Shown: positions 61,173 through 64,000 of the stretch, one piece after another
Numbering within the stretch: the first letter of the stretch is position 1
Layout: each line of letters starts with the position of its first letter
Assembly: GCA_051294375.1 (NCBI GenBank)
Contig: CM119266.1
Coordinates: 23,384,413-23,448,412 of the forward strand
Length of the DNA stretch: 64,000 bases
Direction: 5' to 3'
From: Paraspadella gotoi
Taxonomy: Eukaryota > Animalia > Chaetognatha
Translations under genes and position numbers: made by a program
Notes under the pieces: generated by a model
What the model was told of the DNA's origin: nothing
Seen by the model: only the letters and a program-made list of their open reading frames with translations
The model's database searches: none

Positions 61173-64000
61173 CTTGGACAGGTGAGAGAGTAGACGAGAG
61201 AAGAAGAGAGAGAAGAGGGAGAGAGATGAGCAAAAGAGAAAAGAGAGAGATGGAGGAGAGAGAGATGAGAGAGCGTGGATGGGAGAGAGTGCCATCTGCT
61301 GTTGATGATTGCACTTTTGTCAGCTCCAGGGCGGCAATTTATCCTTGCTCTCCATTTGAACTCTTGAAAATGAAAGAAGGATCTCGAGCGAAGATTGCGA
61401 TTCTCATCATATTCCGGCGTTCCTCCTCTTCCTCCTCCTCTTCCTTCTACCGCCTTCCTTCCCGTCGATGACCGCTCGCCCGGATCGGGCTGTTCATTGT
61501 CTTCCGGGTCGGCGCCGCTTACCCTCTGACCTGGATTCCTTCTTACTATTTATTTTCCTGTATTCCGCTGAGTTATAAATTAGAGTCACTACACTGCGTT
61601 AGACACTATTCGAATATAAGCACATAAAGCAAACTAATTAATCCTTTCACAATCCCTTTGATCCAGTATATTAAATGAAACAAATACTAAAAATATTCAT
61701 ACAAGCAATGGCCGTGACTGTTAGACCGACTATCGTGTTTAAGGGCTTTAGACCGCCATCTTAATTACAAAATATTGGACACCTTCAACACCCTCTCCAG
61801 TATTGTATGCGTATTGTCTATTAATGTAAGAAAAAGTTGATTTTAACTAAGGCTCCTCAAGTACTTTCGACTCCGCCGCCTCTTCGGCATTTTTCATCAT
61901 CCTCTGATGCAAAATTCGGTCGTCGTAACCTTATTTCGTTAGCGCCTCAGAAGTTTCATCGCTGAGTGAATCAATTCACGATTTACCACAATTTTCTGTC
62001 CGTCCAGCTATTATTCGTATCGGAAAACATTTTCTCGTTTTCCTCGGTTCGTTTAAGGAGTTTATGACTTGCGGCAAACAGTCAAGATTAATAGAAGCAA
62101 TAGCTTAACTTTACCAACAGAAAATCTCCCGAATGCAAAAAGCAACTCCAGTTCGAACCCGCAACGCCACTTCCTCTTCTCTCACCAACAAGGAACGGTG
62201 GCGGATTAGCCGGGCGTGATTCATTGTTTTCGCAGTGGCGGCGGCGGCGGCGGCGGCGTCGGGCGGCGGGATGTTGGCCGTAGGCGACCAACCTGAGCAC
62301 CTGCGCAAAAAACGCTCGAGTCATGATGGGGATATTTTTTTCGCGCCACAGAGGGCGCGGAGTGAGTCTGAGGTGAGAGAGAGGAATTCGAGATGAAGAA
62401 AGAGAGGAAGAGAAGAGAGAGGGTCTATTGGGAGGTTGTATTTAGTTATAAAGAAGGTATGAAGAGTTTAGAGTTGGCAACTGAATACAGGAATAATGAA
62501 TGGAATATGAAAATAAGGAGGACGATAAATTTAAGAGCATAGAATTGAAATAAAGGTTTTGGACTATAAGACAGAAGCGCAGAGCGGAAGATAGACTGGA
62601 TAAGAGAAAATTATGAAAAGAGAGAGAAGGCCAGAAGGTATGAGCACAACTGAACGAAACACGGAGGGCAGAACGATCTTTTTGATTGATTCTTTGTGGA
62701 TAGGAGTGAGAGTCGCCGTCGAGCAACTGTGAATGGATGTGAAAGAATGAAGACGTGGATTAGTGAAGTCACGATTTAAAAAAGAGGAAAAAACGAGGAA
62801 ATGAAACAGAGGGACGTCAATGTCTTTGGGGAGTCGGTGAATAAAAGGAAGAAGAGACGAACGACGCAGAGAAAGAAAGGAACGACAACAAAGGAGAAGA
62901 GAGAGAGAGAGAGAGAAGAGAAGAGAGAGAGAGAGAGAAGAGATGAGAGAGAGAGAGAAGAGAGAGAGAGATGAGAGAGAGAGATGAGAGAGAGAGAGCG
63001 ACGTCGGTACAACAGACCGAAAGCCTCGGCAGGCAGGCGGAGTTGGCGCGGAGCCACGGAGAGGCGCGGTAATGATTGATTCTTGGACGAAGCCTTTCCG
63101 CGTTCGGAAACGTCGGGGCGAAGAGATGGAGTCTGTGTGGGGGTTGGAGCCGTTGGTGTAGGTGAGGTGGAGGGAGAGAGGGAAGCTGAGGACGAGTCCG
63201 CTGTCGGCCGAATGCGATCAAAATACCCCTTCCCTCTTGGCATTGATTCTCGGCGCTTTCTCCCTTTACGGAGGCGCTCGGCGATCTGGGCGGTTGGGTT
63301 GGTGGCGTGGTGGCGGCGAATATTGGAGCGGGAGGCGCAGGAGCGCGGAGGTGAGCGGCGAGAGGCAGTCACGTCAGACAGACGCCGATGATCTCGCTAA
63401 CTTTAGTTCGAAGAAAATCAGCCATTAGAGTCATTTCTGATAACGCCCCAAACCTCGCCATCAATTTATTGTCATAGTCTCAATATATAAAGACACTGCA
63501 TAAAATTTTTAAATTCATTTAACTCGCAATTGACACTCACGCTGTCTTGAAAAGTGAGAAAGTTGCTGTTATACAGACTGAGAGCTGAAAAACAAGTTGG
63601 TTGAAATTCGACGAGGTCCCGTTGAATTAAAACTCACAAGCGAGGAGAAAAAAAGAAAAGATTACGAATTACATCTACAAAAATTATACAATTTAGTATA
63701 ATTTAGCTCTAATATAATTAAACAATAAGTAATGTCGATCTCTCTCTGGGAGAGAGAGAGAGAGAGAGAGAGAGACTGAAGGACGAACGATATGTGAAAT
63801 AAAATGATCAGATAAGCCCGGATTTACCTTTTTAATAACGTTTTCGTGACTTTATAACCTTTTTGAAATTTTACAATCTCTATTTTGAAGTTTTGATCGA
63901 CTTTTTATGCAAACAAACGAAGAAGCAGCTCTCTCTCTCCCTCTCTGTTATCTGTTGTTATTCTTTTCTGCATTTTGATGAAAAAAAATCCATCTACATC

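Overview
Eukaryotic (animal) genomic DNA from a draft, gapped, error-prone assembly. It is saturated with (GA/TC)n and (GAC/GTC)n microsatellites, so most of the supplied ORFs are spurious. Manual splice reconstruction gives four coding loci. (1) A three-exon central Hox gene on the minus strand (27823-26083, 12078-11910, 11768-11525; about 717 aa) with an FPWM hexapeptide, a PG6/Lox5-type homeodomain split by an intron, and a KSIND post-homeodomain motif in place of the Lox5 KLTGP parapeptide. This points to a gnathiferan, most plausibly chaetognath, Hox6. (2) A four-exon FABP/iLBP-fold gene with a long N-terminal extension (2217-725, minus). (3) A three-exon orphan gene predicted to encode a secreted precursor: signal peptide, acidic pro-region, KR site, CxCxC and an Arg/Gly heptad-repeat tail. 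It is present as two probably allelic copies (45809-44792 and 42981-42440, minus). (4) A C2H2 zinc-finger exon (about 52405-52721, plus). The window also holds a TTAA-flanked Kolobok-like MITE with its empty site visible in the duplicate copy, Helentron/HINE-like repeats, and several near-identical duplications that are probably assembly or haplotype artefacts. All calls come from reading the sequence; no database search was run.
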